A stretch of 34,884 nt of DNA, taken from the IMG/VR virus record IMGVR_UViG_3300016667_000907, positions 1 to 34,884 of that record; one strand, written 5' to 3'. Shown here piece after piece: positions 9,905 through 18,876 of this stretch. The first letter of the stretch is position 1, and every line of letters starts with the position of its first letter. Position numbers and translations under genes: made by a program. The notes below the pieces were generated by a model. That model was not told the DNA's origin. It did not search any database and saw only the letters and a program-made list of their open reading frames with translations. This stretch comes from a virus. Taxonomy: Duplodnaviria; Caudoviricetes.

Positions 9905-10595
9905 GTATTATAAAATATATACAAGTCTTATAGCGCGATGTAAACTACGTACCCCAGTACAAGGTGTATATTATGAATCGCACCATATAACACCGCGCTC
10001 TCTCGGTGGTACAGACGATAGTGATAATATCGTGTTATTGACAGCTCGTGAACATTACATTGCACATATGTGTTTAGTGCGATTTGTAACTGGCCAAGGT
10101 AAATACAAAATGGTTAAAGCGGCCATGGCTATGTCAATGACAAAGGATAGAGACGAAAAAGAAAGAATATTAAGTTCGCGGCTATATGAAGCAAATAGAA
10201 AGTTATACTCAGCGCTACTAACACTACACCTATTAGAACATTCACCCTTCAAAAATAAAGAAACGCACCGCAAAGGTATGCATACCCGTGCTGTAAATAA
10301 TAGTAGCCCGTTTCGTGCAAACAATCCCATGCACTCTTTAGATTCAAAAATGAAGAAAGTAGCAAAAACATCCGGAGAAAACCACTATTTACGAAAAACG
10401 CGCCGGTATAGTATAAGTTATGATCGTGGTGAAACGTGGTCACCTATTGATACTAGTCATGGCCTACCTGCTGCGCAGCAAGCACTAGGTATCAAGCACG
10501 GGTTATTTTTTAAGCTGTTGAATGGTGATATACCATCCAGGGGACCTAATATCAATATACGCATTAAACGAGAGATCATTAACAATGAAGATTAA
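9861..10595 (+). CDS. HNH homing endonuclease inserted in uvsW
   Basis: YESHHITPRSLGGTDDSDNIVLLTAREHYIAH motif; NPMH/GENH NUMOD-like segments. Confidence 0.92.
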   Translation: MKLTIDGLHNICKNKYYKIYTSLIARCKLRTPVQGVYYESHHITPRSLGGTDDSDNIVLLTAREHYIAHMCLVRFVTGQGKYKMVKAAMAMSMTKDRDEKERILSSRLYEANRKLYSALLTLHLLEHSPFKNKETHRKGMHTRAVNNSSPFRANNPMHSLDSKMKKVAKTSGENHYLRKTRRYSISYDRGETWSPIDTSHGLPAAQQALGIKHGLFFKLLNGDIPSRGPNINIRIKREIINNED

Positions 10596-11505
10596 GAAGA
10601 TTGAGAAGCGCTCCCCATCAATCATTATTTCATGCTGGCAGTCAATATATAAACTACCCCGCCAGTGGTTTGATCAGTTTAAGGTAGTTATTGGTGATGA
10701 ATGCCATCAGTATAAGGCTAAGTCTCTTACTGGTATTCTAGGTAAGTTGATCTCTTGCAAGTATCGATTTGGCTTTACCGGTACTCTGGATAATCTACAA
10801 GTCAATAAGTTGGTTATCGAAGGAGTGTTTGGGCCTGTTAATCGTGTAATTACTACACGTGAGCTTATCGATAGAAAGCAATTAGCAGACCTAGACATCA
10901 AAATCCTGGTACTGAAGTATCCGGAAGAGATGCGTAAGATTGTAAAAGATTGTGATTATCCTGCTGAGATGGATTTTCTATGCTCCAACGCTGAACGTAA
11001 TGAGTATATTAAAAAGCTCGCCTTGAACCTCGAGGGAAATACGCTAGTACTCTTTCAGTATGTTGACAAGCACGGTAAGATTCTTTATGATATGATAAAG
11101 AATTCAGGTAAGCAATGTCATTTTATTCACGGCGGCGTTAAGGGTGAAGACAGAGAAGATATCAGACATCTTGTAGAGAAGAGCAGTAACGATATTATTA
11201 TCGCATCATACGGCACATTCTCCGCCGGAGTTAACATTGTTAATCTTCACAATGTAGTATTTGCTAGCCCATCTAAGTCGAAGATTCGCAACCTACAGTC
11301 TATTGGTCGTGGCCTTCGCGTATCAAATGTCAAAAAGACCGCAACCCTTTACGACATTGCGGACGATCTCACGTATAAGACGAATAGAAACTACACGCTA
11401 AACCACCTCATAGAACGGGTAAAGGTGTATGATGACGAAAAATTTAATTACAAGACGTTCAATATCGAACTATACGGAAACACCAGTAATAATCAAGTTG
11501 ATTAG
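10585..11505 (+). CDS. uvsW: UvsW helicase, C-terminal fragment with short basic leader
   Basis: Start reassigned to ATG 10585 (MKIKKIEKR-SPSIIISCWQS). Motifs DECH, GFTGT, SYGTFSAGVNI, LQSIGRGLR. Confidence 0.9.
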   Translation: MKIKKIEKRSPSIIISCWQSIYKLPRQWFDQFKVVIGDECHQYKAKSLTGILGKLISCKYRFGFTGTLDNLQVNKLVIEGVFGPVNRVITTRELIDRKQLADLDIKILVLKYPEEMRKIVKDCDYPAEMDFLCSNAERNEYIKKLALNLEGNTLVLFQYVDKHGKILYDMIKNSGKQCHFIHGGVKGEDREDIRHLVEKSSNDIIIASYGTFSAGVNIVNLHNVVFASPSKSKIRNLQSIGRGLRVSNVKKTATLYDIADDLTYKTNRNYTLNHLIERVKVYDDEKFNYKTFNIELYGNTSNNQVD

Positions 11506-11788
11506 CGGAGAAGAATTACTGGTATCCAGTATCACTGCCCATCAAGGGCGAGCCATCATCACTGATCCGTATTGCATTATACGATTGCTGGGGCAAGAGA
11601 AGACTAACTACCAATTAGATAAATGGATGCCTTTTACCGCATCCGATGAGTTTGAGCTTGATTTGGATCATATTATCACATATAATCTACCTAACAATGA
11701 ATTAACCGCGTTTTATATACATGTGATGCAATCGGATAGTACTCAATATGGAACAAGCTCAACCTATTCAGAATACCAAGTACACTAG
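11429..11788 (+). CDS. Conserved T4-like hypothetical protein (possibly Sm-like); start uncertain
   Basis: IIKLISGEEL...L.KWMPF pattern; lies between uvsW and gp55. Confidence 0.6.
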   Translation: MMTKNLITRRSISNYTETPVIIKLISGEELLVSSITAHQGRAIITDPYCIIRLLGQEKTNYQLDKWMPFTASDEFELDLDHIITYNLPNNELTAFYIHVMQSDSTQYGTSSTYSEYQVH

Positions 11789-12329
11789 CAGGCGTAAGCC
11801 AAAAACGCATTATGTTAATAATCCGGATTTTCTAGCCGCTCTTGTAGAATACAAGGCTGCTATTAAGAAGTGTGAGGAAGCGGGGAAACCAATTCCCCGA
11901 GTCCCTGACTATATCGGACAGTGCATTTATAATATTGCTACTCGACTATCACAGAAGTTTAACTTCATGAGTTACTCCTACCGTGAAGAAATGGTGAGTG
12001 ATGGTATTGAAAACTGTCTGATATACCTTAATAACTTTGATCCTGAAAAGTCCAGTAATCCATTTGCCTATTTTACTCAGATCATCTACTTTGCTTTTCT
12101 ACGTCGAATTCAGAAGGAAAAGAAGCAGCTATACATCAAACATAAGGTGTTAGAACGCGATATTATTCATATGAGTATTGTCGAGCAGCAGTCTGATGAT
12201 ACAGCAGGCTATACACCTAATGTACGTTTAGACGGTGACTTTATCGACAACTTTGTATCTGATTTTGAAAAGAAACTAGCTTCCAAAAAGAAGCTATTGA
12301 AGAAGGATCTAGAAAATGAAGCAGACTGA
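11748..12329 (+). CDS. gp55: Late transcription sigma factor gp55
   Basis: HYVNN.DFL.AL, NF..YSYREEM..DGIENC, NFDPEKS.NPFAYFTQI...AFLRRI.KEKKQ. Confidence 0.96.
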   Translation: MEQAQPIQNTKYTSRRKPKTHYVNNPDFLAALVEYKAAIKKCEEAGKPIPRVPDYIGQCIYNIATRLSQKFNFMSYSYREEMVSDGIENCLIYLNNFDPEKSSNPFAYFTQIIYFAFLRRIQKEKKQLYIKHKVLERDIIHMSIVEQQSDDTAGYTPNVRLDGDFIDNFVSDFEKKLASKKKLLKKDLENEAD

Positions 12330-12555
12330 TACTCGCGATAGCGCTATTCTTCTACCACCTATTCTTGCTGAATACATCGCGTCGATGTTCAATGACAAGG
12401 TGAATAACATTCACGTACGACAGAACTACCGCGATAATATTGATTATATTCGACGCGTTTGTGAAGAAGCTGTACAGAAGTTTGACAGAGAGATTGTACG
12501 TACATCTACTAATAGGCCTCGTAAGTCGGTAATTCGTTCAGCGCATGCAGAATAA
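12316..12555 (+). CDS. Hypothetical protein
   Basis: 79-aa ORF overlapping both gp55 and gp47; AGGA RBS. Confidence 0.65.
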   Translation: MKQTDTRDSAILLPPILAEYIASMFNDKVNNIHVRQNYRDNIDYIRRVCEEAVQKFDREIVRTSTNRPRKSVIRSAHAE

Positions 12556-13621
12556 AGTAGCTCTTATTTGTGACACGCATTACGGAGTGAGGGGTGATAA
12601 TCCCTCACTCTACGCGCACTTTGCCAAGTTCTATTCACAGGTATTCTTCCCTACTATTGATAAGTACGGAATCGATCATATCATTCACCTAGGCGATGTG
12701 GTTGATCGTCGTAAGTTTATTAACTTTCTTTCAGCTAAACACCTAGACGAACAGTTTATCAAACCGATCATTCAGCGTGATATACAACTCGATATCATTA
12801 TTGGTAATCACGACACTTTCTACAAGAATACTAACGCTGTAAATGCTATCAATGCTCTTAATTTAGAACTTAACAAGAATATTAACTGTTGGATTAATCC
12901 CGAGACTATACTTGTTAAAGATATTCCTATTCTATACCTACCTTGGATTTGTAAGGATAATCAATTACAGACCTTAACCGCGATCGAGAACACGCAAGCT
13001 CAGATTGCTTTTGGTCATCTGGAGCTAAATGGCTTTGAAATGCATAAGGGATCGGTGTGTGATGCTGGAATGGATGCCAAGCTTCTTTCGAAGTTTGATG
13101 TTGTATGCTCTGGTCATTTTCATCATAAGTCTAGTATTGGAAACATCCATTATCTTGGCGCTCCTTATGAAATGATCTGGTCGGATTATAATGATCCGCG
13201 CGGATTTCATATATTTGACTTAGATACTCGTGAACTAGAATTTATTCCCAACCCATATAGTCTATTTCATAAAATCTTTTATGATGATCTCAATAACACC
13301 GCTGAATCGATTCTCAATATAGACTATAATCGATATAACCACTCCATTGTAAAAGTTATTATTAAGCAGAAGACATCCCCTTCACTATTTGATACGTTTA
13401 TTGATAATCTAGAAAAGGCAAGCCCTGCTGATATTCAAGTAGTCGAAGATCATCTAAACCTCGATATGGAAGTTGATCAGAACATCATTGATGAAGCGGA
13501 AGATACTCTTACTATATTGAATAAATTTGTAGAGTCTATTAATACTAAGACAGACAAGGCGGATATCAAGAAGGTATTGCAGCACTTGTATAGTGAAGCA
13601 CTAAATTCTGGAAATGCATAA
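12545..13621 (+). CDS. gp47: Recombination endonuclease subunit gp47 (Mre11/SbcD-like)
   Basis: Metallophosphoesterase motifs DTH, GD..D, GNHD, GH, SGHFH. Confidence 0.95.
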   Translation: MQNKVALICDTHYGVRGDNPSLYAHFAKFYSQVFFPTIDKYGIDHIIHLGDVVDRRKFINFLSAKHLDEQFIKPIIQRDIQLDIIIGNHDTFYKNTNAVNAINALNLELNKNINCWINPETILVKDIPILYLPWICKDNQLQTLTAIENTQAQIAFGHLELNGFEMHKGSVCDAGMDAKLLSKFDVVCSGHFHHKSSIGNIHYLGAPYEMIWSDYNDPRGFHIFDLDTRELEFIPNPYSLFHKIFYDDLNNTAESILNIDYNRYNHSIVKVIIKQKTSPSLFDTFIDNLEKASPADIQVVEDHLNLDMEVDQNIIDEAEDTLTILNKFVESINTKTDKADIKKVLQHLYSEALNSGNA

Positions 13622-15333
13622 TGTCAATTGTTTTCAAAAAGATCCGATGGAAGAATTTTCTTAGCACGGGCAATACCTTCACCGAAATTGATCTTAATGC
13701 TAATAAGCATACACTTATCGTAGGTGATAATGGAGCGGGTAAGTCGACTATCCTCGACGCCCTCTCCTACGCCCTGTATAATAAGCCTTTTCGAACTATC
13801 AATAAACCTCAACTACTCAACTCCATTAATCAGAAGGGATTGGTGGTGGAGATTGAGTTTAATATCGCTAATGATCAGTATATGATTCGACGAGGTATGA
13901 AACCTAACGTGTTTGAAATTGCACGTAATGGTACACTCGTCAATCAAGATGCTGCTAGCCGCGACTATCAAGAATATCTCGAAAAGAATATTCTTAAACT
14001 AAACCACAAGTCGTTTTCTCAAATTGTCGTGCTAGGATCAGCATCGTTTGTTCCTTTCATGCAGTTAACGGCGGCTAATCGACGAGCTGTTATTGAAGAT
14101 CTACTTGATATTCAGATCTTCTCCGTAATGAATACTATTCTCAAGTCACTTCTCACCGAGAATAAAAACAAGATCGTAGATACTGATTATCGCATCTCCA
14201 TTAACCGTGAAAAGGTAAAGCTTAAGCAAGAACACATCAATAAGCTCAAGCAAGATAAAGAACATATTATTATCAATGTCAAGAGTAATATTGCTAAGTG
14301 TGAACGCGAGATCATCAGTAAGCAGAAAGAACTCGAAGAATACCGTAATCAAGTAACAGCACTGTATGATACTATCAGCGATCAAAAAAAGACTAATAAG
14401 CGTGCTGAATCACTATCTCATCTAGAAACGCAACTTAATGAGAAGCTTGCTCGCATTCAGCGCGAAAAGCAGTTCTTTCATGATTATGACACTTGCCCTA
14501 CTTGCAGACAGGATATTAACACCACATTCAAGTGTGAGATGATAAAGAGTAAGGAGAATCTCATTAATGAGATTGCTGATGGTTTACAATCTCTAACTGA
14601 ACAGCGCCAGAGAGCAATTACTAGGCAAGAAGAAATTGCTGAAGTATTAAGCGCTATTAATAATCTCGAAAAGAAAATCACGAGTAATAACAGCGACATC
14701 AACCTACAAAATACGTTAATCACTCGATATAACGAAGAACTCAAGAGGTATTCCACAGAGAAGGCTGAAATTGATACTAATGAGCTTCTAACCCTGCAAG
14801 ATGAGCTGAAAGCCGCTCAAGAACTAAAGGATACACTAGTGAAAGACCAGCAAGTACTAGAACTAGTAAGCAGTCTTCTCAAGGATACTGGTATCAAGGC
14901 TAAGATTATCAAGCAGTATATTCCTATTATGAACAAGCTGATCAACAAGTACCTGGCAGCTATGGACTTCTTTGTTAACTTTGAAATTAACGAAAACTTC
15001 GAGGAGTGTATCAAGTCGAGATATAGGGATGAGTTTAGTTACGCGTCTTTCAGTGAAGGTGAGAAGATGCGTCTCAATCTCGCTATTCTCTTTGCTTGGA
15101 GGGCTATTGCTAAGCTACGCAATAGTGCAGCCACAAATATTCTGTTCTTTGATGAGGTGCTTGATGGTTCACTAGATTCCGCTGGTATCGACGATTTCAT
15201 GAAGATTATCAGCAACTTAACCACAGATACTAATACATTCATCATCAGTCATAAGACAGACGTCATGGCTGATAAGTTTCAAAACATTATTCGCTTCGAA
15301 AAGCATAAAAACTTTAGTCGGATGGTCACGTGA
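13621..15333 (+). CDS. gp46: Recombination ATPase subunit gp46 (Rad50/SbcC-like)
   Basis: KNFLS.GN, Walker A GDNGAGKS, zinc hook CPTC, signature FSEGE, Walker B FDEVLD, IISH. Confidence 0.96.
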   Translation: MSIVFKKIRWKNFLSTGNTFTEIDLNANKHTLIVGDNGAGKSTILDALSYALYNKPFRTINKPQLLNSINQKGLVVEIEFNIANDQYMIRRGMKPNVFEIARNGTLVNQDAASRDYQEYLEKNILKLNHKSFSQIVVLGSASFVPFMQLTAANRRAVIEDLLDIQIFSVMNTILKSLLTENKNKIVDTDYRISINREKVKLKQEHINKLKQDKEHIIINVKSNIAKCEREIISKQKELEEYRNQVTALYDTISDQKKTNKRAESLSHLETQLNEKLARIQREKQFFHDYDTCPTCRQDINTTFKCEMIKSKENLINEIADGLQSLTEQRQRAITRQEEIAEVLSAINNLEKKITSNNSDINLQNTLITRYNEELKRYSTEKAEIDTNELLTLQDELKAAQELKDTLVKDQQVLELVSSLLKDTGIKAKIIKQYIPIMNKLINKYLAAMDFFVNFEINENFEECIKSRYRDEFSYASFSEGEKMRLNLAILFAWRAIAKLRNSAATNILFFDEVLDGSLDSAGIDDFMKIISNLTTDTNTFIISHKTDVMADKFQNIIRFEKHKNFSRMVT

Positions 15334-15896
15334 TGGTAGAATCTCCAGAAAAAGTACGAACCACGTTTACGTTAGAAACAAAAGCGGTCCCTATTACTAT
15401 CGAACCCAGGTTTGTATCTAGTGAACTATGGAACTTTGATAATCCATATTGCAATATTCTCAAATTACAATATACTATGATCAATACATGTGCGCATTAT
15501 CGAGCGATGTCTCTTTCCGCTCCACTGATTGATATTAATACTTCCGTTATCGTACTCAAAGGGGAACCATACCTTGTCCTTATCAATCCAAAAATTGTTT
15601 CTGTTTCCGATGAACTGGCCATCGCTACAGAATCTTCCCCTGCTTATCCTGGTCTTAGTGTTAAGGTTACTCGCCCCTTAAGCGTTCGAGTACGATACAA
15701 AGATATCGATGGTACAACGCACACCGAAAAGTTCAGCGGAGGATATTCTCGTTTAATACAACATGAAATGTGTCATATTGAAGGTCGACCTTTCTGGCAC
15801 GATTGTAATTTTTTAAACCGTAATAAGGCAATCAAGGACTGGAAAGCTATTAAACGTAAGCTAAGTAAGCTTACACTGGCCTCCCAGTCTAACTAG
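15330..15896 (+). CDS. Peptide deformylase-like protein with degenerate active site
   Basis: LINPKI, V.RP.SVRVRY.D..G and QHEMCH present. GxGxAAxQ appears as AMSLSAPL and EGCLS as ESSPA. Confidence 0.8.
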   Translation: MMVESPEKVRTTFTLETKAVPITIEPRFVSSELWNFDNPYCNILKLQYTMINTCAHYRAMSLSAPLIDINTSVIVLKGEPYLVLINPKIVSVSDELAIATESSPAYPGLSVKVTRPLSVRVRYKDIDGTTHTEKFSGGYSRLIQHEMCHIEGRPFWHDCNFLNRNKAIKDWKAIKRKLSKLTLASQSN

Positions 15897-15907
15897 GAAT
15901 CAACATA

Positions 15908-16396
15908 ATGCAATACAAGTACGTCTCCACCAAAGAATATATCAATGCGTTTCCATGCGCATATCGGCAGTGGCGAGCTGACTCACACTGCAACCTAATT
16001 CATGGCTATAGCTTCTCCATGAAGTTCTTCTTTGGTACAAACGACCTTGATGTTCGTAACTGGGCTGCTGATTACGGCGGCCTCAAAGAACTCAAGAAGA
16101 TTCTAGAAGATCAATTTGACCACACACTACTAGTAGCAGAAGATGATCCTGAACTAGAGATGTTCAAGGAACTAGAACGCAAGAAGATGGCTAAGCTTAC
16201 CATTCTTCCTCGTCTTGGTTGCGAATCTCTAGCTGATATGCTATACAGGTATGTCAATGGAGTCTATATCCCTGAATACTGGGGCCCAGGCGAAGCTGAA
16301 CGGCTGTGGTGCTTTCGAGTAGAAGTGCGAGAAACGGTGGCTAATATGGCTTATCGTGAAGGTCATCGCGACTGGAATGAAAATCTTCTAGGTTAA
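15908..16396 (+). CDS. queD: 6-carboxytetrahydropterin synthase QueD
   Basis: C..IHGY, DYGGLK.LK..L...FDH, E.LA, VEVRET. Confidence 0.9.
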   Translation: MQYKYVSTKEYINAFPCAYRQWRADSHCNLIHGYSFSMKFFFGTNDLDVRNWAADYGGLKELKKILEDQFDHTLLVAEDDPELEMFKELERKKMAKLTILPRLGCESLADMLYRYVNGVYIPEYWGPGEAERLWCFRVEVRETVANMAYREGHRDWNENLLG

Positions 16397-16408
16397 GGTA
16401 AATACAAT

Positions 16409-16504
16409 ATGGCTAAGATCAAGGTTTCCGAGATCTTCTACTCTCTACAGGGTGAAGGTCAATACGTTGGCGTCCCATCTATTTTTCTAAGGACGTTTGG
16501 TTAA
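16409..16504 (+). pseudogene. queE: Orphan queE 5' fragment (31 aa), absent from the ORF track
   Basis: Translates [31 protein letters not shown]; AAGG RBS. Last 24 aa are identical to the full queE at 17188. Confidence 0.9.
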
Positions 16505-16554
16505 CTGTGTAGGCTTCGAAGGATATATAACTGCATAGGCTTCGGAGCAGAACC

Positions 16555-17187
16555 ATGATTGTATACGGAATAGAAAACAAAATTACAGGTGATATTTACG
16601 TTGGTAAGACCAAGCATACTGTAGAGCAACGATGGAAGAGACATCTTCAAGATATGAAGTACACTAAAACGAAGTCGAAGCTTTATAATGATATTAAGAA
16701 GTATGAGCCTGATAATTTTGTGCTGTATATAATCGAACAATCCAGTGCTAGCCGTATTAATGAGCGAGAAATCTATTGGATAGAAGTACTTGAGCCCGCT
16801 TATAATATTGCTAAAGGTGGTAGCGGCGGAGTTATCGGCACAGGACAACTTGGTCGCCGCTGGAAAGTAAAGGATACCTCAAATATGAGAGGAAAGAAGA
16901 CGATAACTCCGGCTGTTATAGAAGGTAGAAAGCAAATAACAGGGGCTAATAATTATCAGTCGGTGTATAATATACACACGCCGTGGGGTAGTTACCCGAC
17001 CTGGACCGCTGCCATAACAGCTGCTCGAACTGGAAGAAATACTGGTATACCTGTGATAACTAATGTTATCACACTACAAAAATACTGTGAATCTGATATA
17101 ACATTACCCGCTAATGGAAGACGGACTCCAAAAGAATGGAGAGGTAAGTCTTCTCGAGAATTAGGGTTCTTTTTGGAGAAGCGCTAA
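16555..17187 (+). CDS. GIY-YIG homing endonuclease (Seg-like)
   Basis: IVY.I.N..TG.IYVG.T, RW..H, E.YWI, YN...GG.GG. Confidence 0.93.
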   Translation: MIVYGIENKITGDIYVGKTKHTVEQRWKRHLQDMKYTKTKSKLYNDIKKYEPDNFVLYIIEQSSASRINEREIYWIEVLEPAYNIAKGGSGGVIGTGQLGRRWKVKDTSNMRGKKTITPAVIEGRKQITGANNYQSVYNIHTPWGSYPTWTAAITAARTGRNTGIPVITNVITLQKYCESDITLPANGRRTPKEWRGKSSRELGFFLEKR

Positions 17188-18060
17188 ATGACTGCTATTT
17201 CTTATACAGAGATCTTTTATTCACTACAAGGCGAAGGTCAATACGTCGGTGTACCATCGATTTTCCTACGCACGTTCGGATGTAATCTGCGTTGCAAAAA
17301 GTTTGGAATTCCGCGCGACCAGGAAGTGGGTAAGTATAACCCGGAAGTAGAAAAGATCCTATCTGGAGGTCTCGATCAATATAACAAGTACGAAGATCTA
17401 CCTCTAGTATCTACTGGGTGCGATTCTTACGCTTCGATCTATCCTGAGTTTAAGCGGTTTGCCAAGCGTGAGTCTATCGGTGCTATTGCTAATCGTATTC
17501 AGGAACTGCTCCCGGGTGGTAAGTTCGGCCGCGATAAGCATATGATCATTACCGGCGGCGAACCCCTACTAGGCTGGCAGCGTTCGTTTCCAACTCTACT
17601 AGAAGAGTTCGAGACCCGTAACATGGGCATGACTCATCTTACATTTGAGACAAACGGTACCCAGGCTCTTCAGACTGAACTGCGTAACTTCCTATTCGAT
17701 CGTGCGTTGAAGGGTCTGGAAGTAACCTTCTCTATCTCGGCTAAGCTACCGGCTTCGGGTGAGAAGTGGGAAGATGCTATTCGACCCGATATTGTTCGAG
17801 AGTATATCAAGGTACCGAATCACCGCAGCTATTTCAAGTTTGTGGTATCGACAGAGGAAGATATTCAAGATGCGCATCGCGCGGTGAATGAATATCGAAA
17901 TGCTGGTATTGATATTCCAGTATATCTAATGCCTGTCGGTGGCACTAATGCAGTGTATGATCTTAATGAGCGCGCGGTAGCTGATTTCTGTCGTGATAAT
18001 GGGTATCGCTTCTCTCCACGCATTCAAGTCCCCCTGTATAAGAATGCATGGAGCACCTAA
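17188..18060 (+). CDS. queE: 7-carboxy-7-deazaguanine synthase QueE (radical SAM)
   Basis: [40 protein letters not shown]. Confidence 0.93.
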   Translation: MTAISYTEIFYSLQGEGQYVGVPSIFLRTFGCNLRCKKFGIPRDQEVGKYNPEVEKILSGGLDQYNKYEDLPLVSTGCDSYASIYPEFKRFAKRESIGAIANRIQELLPGGKFGRDKHMIITGGEPLLGWQRSFPTLLEEFETRNMGMTHLTFETNGTQALQTELRNFLFDRALKGLEVTFSISAKLPASGEKWEDAIRPDIVREYIKVPNHRSYFKFVVSTEEDIQDAHRAVNEYRNAGIDIPVYLMPVGGTNAVYDLNERAVADFCRDNGYRFSPRIQVPLYKNAWST

Positions 18061-18103
18061 AAAGTGACAATGCAAATCCACAATCAAACAAGATGCGCTA
18101 TGA

Positions 18104-18448
18104 TTGAATGGGAAACTAATCATGGTTGAGCTATTACCTTCCAATATTCACGATAAGTCCGTGTATGATACCAGTGATATTGCAGATATCGCCTCTGCCA
18201 AGTCGGTGCTTATTCGCTCACTAAAGCAAGTCGCCAAGTATAAGAAGAAGCTAGACGAATATAACGATATCGCGTATAGGTATAGGCTTTATCTTATTCG
18301 GTACTGCCTGGGCACTGAATGTGCTAAGGTAGAAACTACCGTAAAAGAATCATATTCATATGAGGATGATTACGGTAGCCTTAAGACGGGGGTTAAATCG
18401 GTAGAGGTATATAAGTGCACTACTTGCGATAAGACCTGGAGTCGATAA
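18104..18448 (+). CDS. Hypothetical protein with Cys pairs (possible zinc ribbon); start uncertain
   Basis: CLGTEC and CTTC; TAATG-coupled to the PRTase gene. Confidence 0.55.
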   Translation: MNGKLIMVELLPSNIHDKSVYDTSDIADIASAKSVLIRSLKQVAKYKKKLDEYNDIAYRYRLYLIRYCLGTECAKVETTVKESYSYEDDYGSLKTGVKSVEVYKCTTCDKTWSR

Positions 18449-18876
18449 TGTTTTACTCACAAGAACTATTCAATCAAGGTATTGAGAGCCTATCCAAGCA
18501 GATTACAGACTCTGGGATTAAGTATAACTATATTGTAGGGATCAATCGCGGAGGTCTAATCCCCGCGACTGTTCTTTCTTATAAGCTAGGAATCCCCCTC
18601 AAAGTAATTACCGTACAGACATATGACGATAAGGTAATCGAGGTAAATGTACCTAGGCATTACGTTGTAACGTATAACTGCCTTGTCGTAGATGATATTA
18701 TCGATAGCGGACGAACACTAAATGTGTTGCTTGATAAGTGGCAAGTGCGTACAATGGATGTCGCGTGCTTGGTATATAATCAAGGTCAGGACGAGTTCGC
18801 TCCAACGTATAAGCACTTGACGATTGATAAGCGTCAAGATTGTTCCTGGGTAACATTCTGGTGGGATTGCAAATAA
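18448..18876 (+). CDS. Type I phosphoribosyltransferase (Gpt/HPRT-like)
   Basis: VGINRGGLIPA, PRPP-binding LVVDDIIDSGRT, WV.FWW. Confidence 0.92.
   Translation: MFYSQELFNQGIESLSKQITDSGIKYNYIVGINRGGLIPATVLSYKLGIPLKVITVQTYDDKVIEVNVPRHYVVTYNCLVVDDIIDSGRTLNVLLDKWQVRTMDVACLVYNQGQDEFAPTYKHLTIDKRQDCSWVTFWWDCK

Noticed and set aside
9737-10614. Functional trans-splicing split intein in uvsW
   Set aside because: No N-terminal Cys/Ser block A, no block B His and no terminal His-Asn, so it is reported as a non-splicing remnant.
16499-16550. T4 gene 60-style ribosomal bypass (Gly codon, stop, CTTCG)
   Set aside because: The landing site would be ~780 nt away, no strong take-off hairpin is present, and bypass is unnecessary because queE has its own start.
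16502-17280. Group I intron in queE (the GGT|TAA junction resembles phage intron 5' splice sites)
   Set aside because: Only ~50 non-coding nt are available, no P3-P7 core is visible, the base before the would-be exon 2 is A rather than G, and the downstream gene is already complete. Intron ancestry remains possible.
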